Positions 42,364 to 50,983 of a DNA stretch of 64,000 nucleotides are shown here, in pieces (the stretch's first letter is position 1; every line of letters starts with the position of its first letter). The position numbers were made by a program, and so were the translations under genes. Origin of the DNA: a virus (Duplodnaviria; Caudoviricetes); the IMG/VR virus record IMGVR_UViG_2895427314_000003, positions 1 to 64,000 of that record. One strand, given 5' to 3'. The notes beneath the pieces are model-generated. The model was given only the letters and a program-made list of their open reading frames with translations, did no database searches and was not told the DNA's origin.

Positions 42364-45249
42364 GTGGCGATTGCGATCGACTCCTCTTCGCCTGCCCTGG
42401 TCACCGACACTGACGCCGTCACCACGGCGAGTTTCACCGCGCCCGCCAACAGTCTCCTGGTGGCGTTGTGTGCCTCCAACTCCGGAGCGGTCACCCACAC
42501 CGTGACCAACTCGGGGACCGCGTTGACGTGGACGTCGCGGGTGCGGCGGATGCTGGGCGACGACGCGGGCGCGTACACGCCGGCGGTGGAGATTTTCACC
42601 GCCCCCGCTGCCGCGTCGGCGGCCCGCACCGTCACCCTGACGAGCAGCAACGGCGGAGACTTCGTCGTCTTGAAGCTGCTGGTGGTGACGGGTGCGGACC
42701 TGGCGTCTCCTGTGGGGAACGTCGGCGAAGGCAGCTCGGCCACCAGCAGCATCACCCCGGCTGTCTACACCTCCAGCGTCGCGGGTTCCCGAGCGGTCGG
42801 CATCGCGGTGGACGCCCTCGAATCGGGCGCCGTCACCAGCAGCGACACGGGCTTCCCGTGGGATGAGTTCTTCCAGACTGCCGGGATAGCGGTCCACAAG
42901 GCCGCCAACACGGGGTCTTCTGGCACGTCAGTCACCCTGAACTTCAATGGTGGCGGCCTGTCGCGCGAGTGGAACTGGGCGGCGGCGGAGATCAAACCGT
43001 CTGCGGGTACGGGCGCGACCGCGACCCCTGCTGCGGTGTCGGCTACCGCGTCGGTCCCGTCCCCGGCGGTGTCGGTGACCGCGACGGCGACTCCTGCGGT
43101 GGTGCCGGCTTCGGCGGCCGTTCCGGCTCCTTCCCCCCGTACGGGCTCAACCGCCACCCCGGCCGTGGTGGCGGCGACGGCGGCGATTCCCGCCCCGTTG
43201 GTGTCAGCCAGCGCGACACCCTCGCCCGCAACGGTGGCAGCGACCGCATCCGTCCCGGCTGCGACCGTGTCGGCGCAGGCGTCAGCGACCGCAACCCCGC
43301 CAGTGGTCGCGGCTACCGCTGTCGTGCCCGCCCCGGCAGTGTCCACCAGCGCGGCCGTCGAGTTCGTCGACGCCGCCCACTCCGAATCCACCATCGGTAA
43401 CCTGCCCGTCGGCATCCAGGAAGGCGACGTCCTCCTCGCGATCGTCCAAGACGCGGAACTCCTGGACGGGCCTGACGGTTGGACGGAGATCGGCGTCGGC
43501 CGGGTGGGCCAGCAATTCGACGGCAACGCCTGGACCACGACCGTCACCGGCGACCCGACCGACCACACCTGGATCGGGTCCAGCAGCGGCCCCATCATCG
43601 ACATCCTCGCCTACCGCGGTACGACCGCGCCGGCCATCTACGCCCAGTCCGACGCCGCCGACCCGGTAGCGCCATCGGTGACCACCGTCACGGCGAACTC
43701 GCTGCTGGTGGTCCTGTACGCGGACGAGTCGTCGCAGGATTTGACCGCCCCAGCCGGGATGACCGACCGGACCCCGCTGTCCGCGCAGGCCTACAACGCC
43801 GAAGCGGATCAGGTCGTCGCCTCTCCCGGCGCCACGGGCACGCGCACGTTCGGCGGTGTCGGTGACGCGATCGGCGCCTGGTCGATCGTGCTGGAGCCCG
43901 CCGCCCCGGACGGGAACGCCACCGCCAGCCCGCCCGCCGTCTCCGCCACCGCGGCGATCCCGGCCCCTGCATCAAGCACGAGCTCTGCGGCTTCGCCGGC
44001 TGTGGTGGCCGCGCTGGCGAGCATCCCGTCGCCGTCCACACGAACGGGCTCGGCTGCAGGCCCGGCTACTGTCCCCGCCGCGGCGTCCATCCCTGCCCCG
44101 GGCGTCGCGGCGGGCTCCACCCCAACCCCTGCCGCCGTCCAGGCCGCCGCGTCCATCCCCGCCCTTGCCATTTCCACCGGCTCTACAGCCGCCACGAACG
44201 TCGTCGCAGCCACGGCGACGATCCCGGCGCCCACCACCACGGCCGGGGCGACCGCGGCTCCTGACGTGGTTCCAGCGACCACCACCGTCCCGCAGGCGAC
44301 CACCACGACGGGCTCAACGGCGAGCCCCTCCGTTGTCGCCGGCACAACACAGACCCCCGCTCCAGCCGTCTCAGCGGGCGCTACGGTCACAGCCGGCGCG
44401 GTCCAGGCCGTAGCGTCTGTTCCTCAGCCGGCCGTCGCCACCGGTCAGGTTGCGCAACCTGCGACCGTCACCGCGACGGCCGCCATCCCGGCGCCCACCG
44501 TTTCGTACGGGCAGACCGTCACCCCTGCCGTCGTCGCTGCTTTCGCTTCAGTTCCGGCGCCGAGCATCCAGACGGGCTCCAGCTCCACCGCCACCCCGGA
44601 CACGGTGACCGCCGCCGCGGCGATCGCGTCTCCGGCCGTGACGACTGGAGCGACCGCGCAGCCTCCTGTGGCGGCTGCTACAGCGTCCGTGAGCGCCCCT
44701 CAGGTGTCGGCAGGCTCCACCGCCCCGCCGGACCCCGTGGAAGCGTCTGCGTCGATTCCAGCGCCAACCGTCAGCGCGGGAGCGACCGCAACGCCCGGCA
44801 CCGTCCAGGCGAGCACCAGCATCCCGGCCCCGACTGTCGAAGCCGACGGGAACGCCGCCGCCACACCAGCGACGGTCACCGCCGCGGCGAGCATCCCGTC
44901 CCCGGCCACGGGCACCAGCTCCACGGCCACGCCGGCCGTCGTGCTCGCCACCGCTGCCGTGCCCACGCCGACGACCTCGGTCCTGGTTGCTGCCACGCCC
45001 GCGGCTGTGCAGGCCTTCGCCACGATCCCCGCGGCCCTGGTGTCGACGACAGCACGTCCTCCCGCCGTGGCTGCGGTCGCGTCCATCTCGGCGCCGTCCG
45101 TGTCCGCGGGAGCGTCTCCCGATCATCTACCCCCAAGGCTCGGCGGCGCTCTGGTCGCCCAGCACAGCCTGGGCGGCTCCCGAATCGAAGGCCATGGTCT
45201 CGGCGGCTCCAAGGTCACCACGGGTCAGCTCGGCGGATCTCTCACGTGA
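42364..45249 (+). CDS. Fibre-like protein: two beta-rich domains plus ~23 Ala/Pro/Thr/Val repeats of ~22 aa
   Basis: Repeat consensus (S/A)TA(T/S)PAxVxAxA(S/A)(I/V)PAPxVS(T/A)G; globular FTAPANSLLVAL and GDVLLAIV domains. Confidence 0.75.
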   Translation: MAIAIDSSSPALVTDTDAVTTASFTAPANSLLVALCASNSGAVTHTVTNSGTALTWTSRVRRMLGDDAGAYTPAVEIFTAPAAASAARTVTLTSSNGGDFVVLKLLVVTGADLASPVGNVGEGSSATSSITPAVYTSSVAGSRAVGIAVDALESGAVTSSDTGFPWDEFFQTAGIAVHKAANTGSSGTSVTLNFNGGGLSREWNWAAAEIKPSAGTGATATPAAVSATASVPSPAVSVTATATPAVVPASAAVPAPSPRTGSTATPAVVAATAAIPAPLVSASATPSPATVAATASVPAATVSAQASATATPPVVAATAVVPAPAVSTSAAVEFVDAAHSESTIGNLPVGIQEGDVLLAIVQDAELLDGPDGWTEIGVGRVGQQFDGNAWTTTVTGDPTDHTWIGSSSGPIIDILAYRGTTAPAIYAQSDAADPVAPSVTTVTANSLLVVLYADESSQDLTAPAGMTDRTPLSAQAYNAEADQVVASPGATGTRTFGGVGDAIGAWSIVLEPAAPDGNATASPPAVSATAAIPAPASSTSSAASPAVVAALASIPSPSTRTGSAAGPATVPAAASIPAPGVAAGSTPTPAAVQAAASIPALAISTGSTAATNVVAATATIPAPTTTAGATAAPDVVPATTTVPQATTTTGSTASPSVVAGTTQTPAPAVSAGATVTAGAVQAVASVPQPAVATGQVAQPATVTATAAIPAPTVSYGQTVTPAVVAAFASVPAPSIQTGSSSTATPDTVTAAAAIASPAVTTGATAQPPVAAATASVSAPQVSAGSTAPPDPVEASASIPAPTVSAGATATPGTVQASTSIPAPTVEADGNAAATPATVTAAASIPSPATGTSSTATPAVVLATAAVPTPTTSVLVAATPAAVQAFATIPAALVSTTARPPAVAAVASISAPSVSAGASPDHLPPRLGGALVAQHSLGGSRIEGHGLGGSKVTTGQLGGSLT

Positions 45250-45262
45250 GGAGGTGGACGCG

Positions 45263-45610
45263 GTGCCGGACTTCGTCAACTTGACGCTGGTGGAGGACGA
45301 CAACGAGTCCGCGTCCTTCCGCATCGTCGACGACTCGGGGACCGCTCTCAGCCTCACGGGCGCGGACGTGTTCGCTGTCATCAAGGCGAGCCAGGCTGTG
45401 GAGGACGACGCCTCGACGGGCGTGTTCACGCTGACCGAGGGCGACGGCGTCACGATCGACGACGCAGCCCAAGGCCTGATCACGCTCACCTTCCCCGAGA
45501 GTGTGACCGAGTCGCCGGGCGTCTGGTTCTACAAGATCAGAGTGACTCGCGGATCCCCATCGGCTACCAAGACAGCCATCGAGGGGTGGCTGTCCGTCGC
45601 CGATGCCTAG
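45263..45610 (+). CDS. BppU-N-like Ig-fold adaptor protein
   Basis: F.I.D..GTALSLTGA.V...IK...DAAQG.I.L...Y.IRV....T..EG pattern. Confidence 0.65.
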   Translation: MPDFVNLTLVEDDNESASFRIVDDSGTALSLTGADVFAVIKASQAVEDDASTGVFTLTEGDGVTIDDAAQGLITLTFPESVTESPGVWFYKIRVTRGSPSATKTAIEGWLSVADA

Positions 45611-45965
45611 GCGGGCAGCGTCGGTCTGTAGCACGCCGGGCTGCCCGAACCTGTGCGACGGCGGCCGGTGCCCGGAGTGCCGTAGCGCTGCTGAGAAGGC
45701 TCGTGGCAGCGCCTCACAGCGCGGCTACGGCTCCCGCCATCGTGATCGGTTCCGTACGGGCGTGCTGGCGAAGCACCCCACGTGCGTGCTGTGTGGAGCC
45801 GCACGGAGCACCGTGGCGGACCATCACCCGATGGACCGCCGAGAGCTGGTAGCCCGAGGGCTGGACCCGGACGACCCGAAGTACGGGCGCGGCCTGTGTG
45901 CCTCATGTCACGGCAAGGCCACACAGGCGAACGAGAGCCAAAAGGGCGGCTGGAACGCCCGATAG
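45603..45965 (+). CDS. Packaging-associated HNH endonuclease
   Basis: C..PGC...RCPEC, RGYG..H, CVLC...TVADH, GLCASCH..T motifs. Confidence 0.88.
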   Translation: MPRRAASVCSTPGCPNLCDGGRCPECRSAAEKARGSASQRGYGSRHRDRFRTGVLAKHPTCVLCGAARSTVADHHPMDRRELVARGLDPDDPKYGRGLCASCHGKATQANESQKGGWNAR

Positions 45966-46077
45966 TAACTCTCCGTGCACGTCGTCCTGACGTGCACAAA
46001 GTCAGCCTCTCGCACGGGCGGGTAACCGTCGAAGCGCCCGCCCATGTTACGCACCGTTGCCACGAAGGAGTTCGGTC

Positions 46078-46230
46078 ATGAACGTCCCCGACCTCTTCAC
46101 TCTTCTCGCCCTGATCGCTTTCCTCGCAGCCTCCGTAGTGGGCTTCGTCCACAAGTCGTGGGTCGCAGCCCTGTTCTGCCTCGGCTTCGCCTTCCTCGTG
46201 CTGGCCGGCGCCGACCTGATCAACCCTTGA
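46078..46230 (+). CDS. Small two-TM membrane protein (50 aa; absent from the ORF track)
   Basis: AAGGAG RBS; MNVPDLFTLLALIAFLAASVVGFVHKSWVAALFCLGFAFLVLAGADLINP. Confidence 0.7.
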   Translation: MNVPDLFTLLALIAFLAASVVGFVHKSWVAALFCLGFAFLVLAGADLINP

Positions 46231-46265
46231 CCCACACAAGATCCTCCCGTTCGCGGCGGGAGGTA

Positions 46266-46316
46266 GACGGCCCCTGAGATCTCCCTGACTCAGGGGCCGT
46301 CGCCACACCAGGGAGA
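46266..46316 (+). promoter_or_regulatory. 13-bp hairpin whose loop pairs with the downstream RBS (pseudoknot candidate)
   Basis: Loop TCTCCCTG (46280-87) is complementary to CAGGGAGA (46309-16). Confidence 0.5.
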
Positions 46317-46320
46317 AACC

Positions 46321-46587
46321 ATGCAAGAGCGCGAACTGTCCATCACCGGACCGGTCTTCGGCCCGACAGTGAAGCTCGGCGACCATGAACTGAGCCGAGC
46401 CCTGCGCGGTCTGACGATCCGCTTCCAAGCAGGCGAACGCCCGGCCGTCGAGGCTGAACTCCTCATCGACGCCATCGAGGTGGCCGATCTCGGCGTCCGA
46501 GACTCCGAGGTCGTCCTGTCCATGCCCGACGCAGCGCGAGACGCGCTGATCGCTCTCGGCTGGACTCCTCCGGCAGGTGACCGATGA
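46321..46587 (+). CDS. Hypothetical protein
   Basis: GGGAG RBS. Confidence 0.7.
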   Translation: MQERELSITGPVFGPTVKLGDHELSRALRGLTIRFQAGERPAVEAELLIDAIEVADLGVRDSEVVLSMPDAARDALIALGWTPPAGDR

Positions 46588-46886
46588 CCACGGTCCGCGT
46601 CTCCTGGGTCCCCGCTACCGGCGAGCCTGTCGAGCTCGGAGAAACCGTGTCGGACCTGAAGTTCGTCACCGGCCCGCCTACGCCGATCGAGATGCTGTCC
46701 AAGACTCAACGGTTCCTCGTGGTCTCTCCGTCGCTCCTGGAGCGGACGGGACCGTACACGCTCAAGCTGCGAGGCCGCCTGCTCTGGTCCGGCTACCGGC
46801 TGGTGTTCGGCCGCACGAGCCCGCGCTCCCGCAGGGCGAAGACGGAGTACCACCGCCGCTCCCGCTCGCGGGGGAGGAAGCGGTGA
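46584..46886 (+). CDS. Hypothetical protein
   Basis: ATGA overlap. Confidence 0.65.
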   Translation: MTTVRVSWVPATGEPVELGETVSDLKFVTGPPTPIEMLSKTQRFLVVSPSLLERTGPYTLKLRGRLLWSGYRLVFGRTSPRSRRAKTEYHRRSRSRGRKR

Positions 46887-47380
46887 GCGCCCGCGTCGTC
46901 CACGCCGTGAGGTGCGCCCCCGACTCGACCTCGCCAGTGAAGATGTTCTGGCGCTGCTCCTGTGGCGGTGACGGCCATGATGTGCCAGGAGCGCAGCTTC
47001 CCTGCCCTTCCTGCGGCGAGACGATCCGCGTGCCCGAGACGCCAACGGACGCGCCCGTCTCCTCCCCCGAACTCATCGCTGGCGTGGAGCGGGCCACGCA
47101 GGAAGCCCTGTCCAGAGACATGCGCTTCGATCTTCGTGAACTCGCCTACCGCATCCTCATCAACCCGGACCTGGTCTTGTTCGGGCAGAGAGGCGGAGGC
47201 GTCGGCATGTACTGCCGGGCCTGCACGCCGATAGCTCATGAGACGATCGCCTACCTCGGAGCGAAGGAAGGCGAGCAAGCAGCGAACACGGGCATCACCT
47301 TCGCCACGTCCGTCTCCGGGCTGTGGAGCCAGGCCCTCATCCACCTCGCCATTCACCACCCGGCAGCAGGTGACCGATGA
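46883..47380 (+). CDS. Zinc-ribbon plus Cys/His-domain protein
   Basis: CSCG...CPSCG, then GGVGMYCRAC...GLW..A..HLAIHH. Confidence 0.7.
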   Translation: MSARVVHAVRCAPDSTSPVKMFWRCSCGGDGHDVPGAQLPCPSCGETIRVPETPTDAPVSSPELIAGVERATQEALSRDMRFDLRELAYRILINPDLVLFGQRGGGVGMYCRACTPIAHETIAYLGAKEGEQAANTGITFATSVSGLWSQALIHLAIHHPAAGDR

Positions 47381-47676
47381 GCATCGTCCCTGTCCCGATA
47401 GACGAGACGCAACGCACCATCGACCTGCCACCAGGCCCGGCCCTGCTGTACGTGACCGAGGGCGACAACCCGACGATCACCATCCTGGACCGCGCCCCCA
47501 TCGGGAACCTGCCCGCAGGCCGTGATCGAGTAGTGTGCCTTGCCTTGCTCGGGTACGTCATCGAACAACTTCACGCGCCCAGGCTGCACATCGAGAACTG
47601 CGAGCCCGGCTCTCCCGAAGACCTCGCCGCTCGCAAACGGTTCGGCCTCAGGACGCCCACCCGCGAGAGAGAATGA
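47377..47676 (+). CDS. Hypothetical protein
   Basis: ATGA overlap. Confidence 0.65.
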   Translation: MSIVPVPIDETQRTIDLPPGPALLYVTEGDNPTITILDRAPIGNLPAGRDRVVCLALLGYVIEQLHAPRLHIENCEPGSPEDLAARKRFGLRTPTRERE

Positions 47677-48014
47677 CGGGCATGGAGATCGCCGCCACCG
47701 TCACCTATCAGGGACAGGCCATGCTCATCCCGAAGAGCGACGGCCGGGACTATCCGTGCCAGGCGCGAGTCCGCGTCTACCACGACATCCCCGACCTTGG
47801 CGGTGACCGGCCATACATCAGGGATGCGCACAGGTGGGACGCGGACATCACCGGCGATCTACTGACGGACGCACGCCCACCCTACGGCGAGGCCACGCTG
47901 CGCCTCCCCGACGGCAGCACCGGCGACGCCATGTTCCAGGCGACCGCACCGCGAGTCGGTTCACTGACGTGGGACGGCGCACTCACCGGCCTCGGACGGT
48001 CGCCCACCGAGTAG
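47673..48014 (+). CDS. Hypothetical protein
   Basis: ATGA overlap. Confidence 0.65.
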   Translation: MTGMEIAATVTYQGQAMLIPKSDGRDYPCQARVRVYHDIPDLGGDRPYIRDAHRWDADITGDLLTDARPPYGEATLRLPDGSTGDAMFQATAPRVGSLTWDGALTGLGRSPTE

Positions 48015-48026
48015 CGCGGTAAGGAG

Positions 48027-48299
48027 GTGCTGGTGACAGTGGACCAGAACCTCCATGACCGAGCGCCTGTCGATGCTCTCCTCGAAGCCCTGACCCACCC
48101 GTCCCTCTACCTCCTGGGTGGCGAGGACGGAGGAGTAGGGCTCCACTGCCGCGACCACCATGACGGCGGCCGGCCTCTCGCCTACTACGACCGGACCGGT
48201 AGCACGTACCCAGACCCGTGCGTGGCCAACATCGCCACCATCCCGGGCCTATGGGCTCACGCCATAGACCACCTGGCAGCCCAGCACCAGCAGCCCTGA
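48027..48299 (+). CDS. Cys/His-domain protein, paralog of the 46883 gene C-terminus
   Basis: AAGGAGG RBS; GGVGLHCRDH...GLW.HA..HLAAQH. Confidence 0.7.
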   Translation: MLVTVDQNLHDRAPVDALLEALTHPSLYLLGGEDGGVGLHCRDHHDGGRPLAYYDRTGSTYPDPCVANIATIPGLWAHAIDHLAAQHQQP

Positions 48300-48300
48300 C

Positions 48301-48648
48301 CTACCTGTGCTTCAGCCTGGTGAGCTTCAGGTCCTCACCCTCACCTGCTGCGAGCACCACCACGTACGGCGTGGCATCCACGCCACCACCGACGAACACA
48401 CCGCGGAACGTACGGCCGGCATCCATGTCCCTCGCCACCCGTGATGCTGCGCCCTTGGCCAGGTAGCCGATCGACACAGGGATCTCACCCTGGCTCGGCA
48501 CCACAGCCAACACCCGCACCGCGTCCGAGTCGTAAGGATTGTCCGGCTCACGCACCAGCTCGACCTCAGAGCCTGCCTTCACATACCTCGCGAGATCGCC
48601 CTGGTACTTCGCTCCACGCAACTTCACTGCGGAGTACTCGACATGCAT
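48301..48648 (-). CDS. Stand-alone HIRAN domain protein
   Basis: V.LRG..Y......LVREPDNPYDSDAVRV...IGYL motif. Confidence 0.88.
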   Translation of the reverse strand: MHVEYSAVKLRGAKYQGDLARYVKAGSEVELVREPDNPYDSDAVRVLAVVPSQGEIPVSIGYLAKGAASRVARDMDAGRTFRGVFVGGGVDATPYVVVLAAGEGEDLKLTRLKHR

Positions 48649-48720
48649 GCGAAACAGCAGACCACCTCATGATCCGCGCGAACACGCGAGCGAGGTAACT
48701 GTCCGTATCTGGACACGGTG

Positions 48721-48800
48721 CCGGGGTGGGGCATGACCTGCTACAAACATGCTAAAACGAGGACCGCGGGGGAGGCGGCTCCGAGGTCCGCCAGGTCAGA
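48721..48800. other. Putative cos/packaging site region
   Basis: Non-coding G-rich segment (GGACCGCGGGGGAGG...) just upstream of terS, in a phage with a packaging HNH; exact cut site not determinable. Confidence 0.4.
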
Positions 48801-48882
48801 GAGTCCTTGATCAACTTCAGGTGGTGACGCAAGGTGACCATCGCCCGATGCCGCGCAACGCGGCTGAGGAGTAGTGAGTGCT

Positions 48883-49353
48883 ATGCCGAGAGGCGGACAC
48901 GCCGCGTCCGGTCCTGCGCCTGATCCGAACGCGCTCCGGCGCAGTCGGCCCGCGGACGCAGCCACGTGGACCACCCTTCCTTCTGAGGGACGGGATGGAG
49001 ACCCTCCCGAGTGGCCTCTGCTCGAACCGGACGGCCGCGAGTGGGAGCTGTGGACGGACTTCTGGTCCCGCCCGCAGGCGCTGATGTGGGAGAAGATGGG
49101 CCAGCTTTACGAGGTCGCGATGTGCGTGCGCATGCTGGCCCGCGCCGAGCAGCCGAAGTCGTCGATCGAGCTGCAGAAGGTGGTCCGGCAGTACTTCGAC
49201 TCGCTCGGGCTGTCCACGCAGGGCATGCTGCGCAACCGGTGGCGGCTGTCGGATGCGGCGCCGGCCGAGCCGTCGAAGGCGCAGAAGGCTCCGCTGCGTA
49301 GGTCGGCGAGGAGTCGTCTCACGGTGATCTCGGGCGATGCCTCCGGCGAGTGA
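48883..49353 (+). CDS. terS: Terminase small subunit
   Basis: MPRGG...SGPAPDPNALRR, W...W..PQA..W, LGLS.QGM.RNRW actinophage TerS pattern; precedes terL. Confidence 0.85.
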   Translation: MPRGGHAASGPAPDPNALRRSRPADAATWTTLPSEGRDGDPPEWPLLEPDGREWELWTDFWSRPQALMWEKMGQLYEVAMCVRMLARAEQPKSSIELQKVVRQYFDSLGLSTQGMLRNRWRLSDAAPAEPSKAQKAPLRRSARSRLTVISGDASGE

Positions 49354-50977
49354 GTTCGTCGTCGACTTTCCGACGCTGTGGGTGGCGATCGACTGGATCG
49401 AGGAGCATTGCAGCGTCCCGGACGGGTTCCGCAAGGGCGACCGGTTCGAGATGTACGACTGGCAGCTCTGGTGCACGGCCAACCATTACCGGGTCAAGCC
49501 GGCCGCCACGCTGGGCCAGTTGGCTCCTGCGTTCCACAATCGGCGCTCGCAGGTCATCGCTCCGCAGAAGACCGGCAAGGGGCCGTGGTCGGCGTCGATC
49601 ATCTGTCTTGAGGCTGTCGGGCCTGCCGTGTTCGCGGGCTGGGCCACGGGCCATGAGGTGTACGACTGCCGCGACTACGGGTGCGGGTGCGGCTGGTCGT
49701 ACGAGTACGAGCCGGGCGAGCCGATGGGCATGCCGTGGCCGACACCGCTGATCCAGCTCCTGGCCACGTCCGAAGACCAGGTCGACAACGTGTACCGGCC
49801 GCTGCAGGCGATGGCCAAGTCGGGGCCGCTCGCGGATCTGATGCGGACGGGCGAGGAGTTCATCCGGCTGCCGAACGATGGCCGGATCGACGTCGTCACC
49901 TCGTCGGCGACGTCACGGCTGGGTAACCCGATCACGTTCGCGATGCAGGACGAGACGGGCCTGTACACGAAGACGAACAAGATGGTGCGCGTCGCCGAGA
50001 CGCAGCGGCGCGGCGCCGCCGGCATGGGCGGGCGGACGATGGAGACGTCGAATGCCTGGGACCCGTCCGAGGAGTCGGTAGCGCAGAGGACGTCGGAGTC
50101 GCAGCGGCCGGACATCTTCAAGTTCCACCGCGTCCCGCCTGCCCACCTGTCGTACAAGAACAAGGCCGAGCGGGCGAAGATTCACCGGTTCGTGTACCGC
50201 GGCTCCACTCACGTTGACCTTGACGCGATCGAAGCCGAGGCAGCGGAGCTGCTGGAGAAGGACCCGGCGCAGGCCGAACGGTTCTTCGGCAACAGGGTCG
50301 TGTACGGCCAGGGCGGCTACATCGACGGCGACGTTTGGGACGGTCGGGAGGCGCCCCGCGAGGTCCCCGACGGTACGCCGATCGTGCTCGGCTTCGACGG
50401 CAGCGATGTGGACGACTGGACGGGCATCCGCGCGGAGACCGCGGACGGCTACCAGTTCACCCCCACGTACGGGCCTGACAAGGTGCCGACGGTGTGGGAT
50501 CCGGCGGCGTTCAGCGGCCAGGTGCCGCGGCTTGAAGTGTCTGCCGCTGTGGACGAGCTCATGACGCGTTTCCAGGTGGTGCGCATGTACGCGGATCCGC
50601 CGGACTGGAAGTCGGAGATCGACGCCTGGGTGGAGAAGTACGGCGAGAAGGTCGTCATCCGGTGGGCGACGTACCGGCCGGTGCAGATGCACGCCGCGTG
50701 TCAGCGGCTGCTGGTCGATGTCGGCAAGGCAGGGTCGCCGTTCACGCATGACGGCTGCCCGACGACCGCGATCCACCAGCGGAACACGCGAAAAGCGCCA
50801 CGGCCTGGCCAGCGGTACGTGCTGGCGAAGGCGTCCCCCACTCAGAAGATCGACCTGACCGTGTGCTCCGTTCTCGCGCACGAGGCGTACGGTGACGCGC
50901 TTGCTGCGGGCCTGTTCACGGTCGAGAAACCCGCGGAGAACCTGATCTACACGGCGTCATCGACACGGCGGAGGTGA
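49337..50977 (+). CDS. terL: Terminase large subunit
   Basis: Walker A PQKTGKG, ATSEDQ, Walker B QDETG, nuclease LGFDGSDVDDWTG. Confidence 0.95.
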   Translation: MPPASEFVVDFPTLWVAIDWIEEHCSVPDGFRKGDRFEMYDWQLWCTANHYRVKPAATLGQLAPAFHNRRSQVIAPQKTGKGPWSASIICLEAVGPAVFAGWATGHEVYDCRDYGCGCGWSYEYEPGEPMGMPWPTPLIQLLATSEDQVDNVYRPLQAMAKSGPLADLMRTGEEFIRLPNDGRIDVVTSSATSRLGNPITFAMQDETGLYTKTNKMVRVAETQRRGAAGMGGRTMETSNAWDPSEESVAQRTSESQRPDIFKFHRVPPAHLSYKNKAERAKIHRFVYRGSTHVDLDAIEAEAAELLEKDPAQAERFFGNRVVYGQGGYIDGDVWDGREAPREVPDGTPIVLGFDGSDVDDWTGIRAETADGYQFTPTYGPDKVPTVWDPAAFSGQVPRLEVSAAVDELMTRFQVVRMYADPPDWKSEIDAWVEKYGEKVVIRWATYRPVQMHAACQRLLVDVGKAGSPFTHDGCPTTAIHQRNTRKAPRPGQRYVLAKASPTQKIDLTVCSVLAHEAYGDALAAGLFTVEKPAENLIYTASSTRRR

Positions 50978-50983
50978 CGCCCG

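Noticed and set aside
42364-45249. Diversity-generating retroelement target
   Set aside because: No reverse transcriptase and no TR/VR pair differing only at adenines anywhere in the window
4536-46301. Integron-like cassette array (hairpins as attC sites, integrase insertion as an IntI-type extra domain)
   Set aside because: The hairpins lack GTTRRRY/RYYYAAC cores and extrahelical-base geometry, most genes are linked by ATGA overlaps without hairpins, and the integrase is a standard phage type
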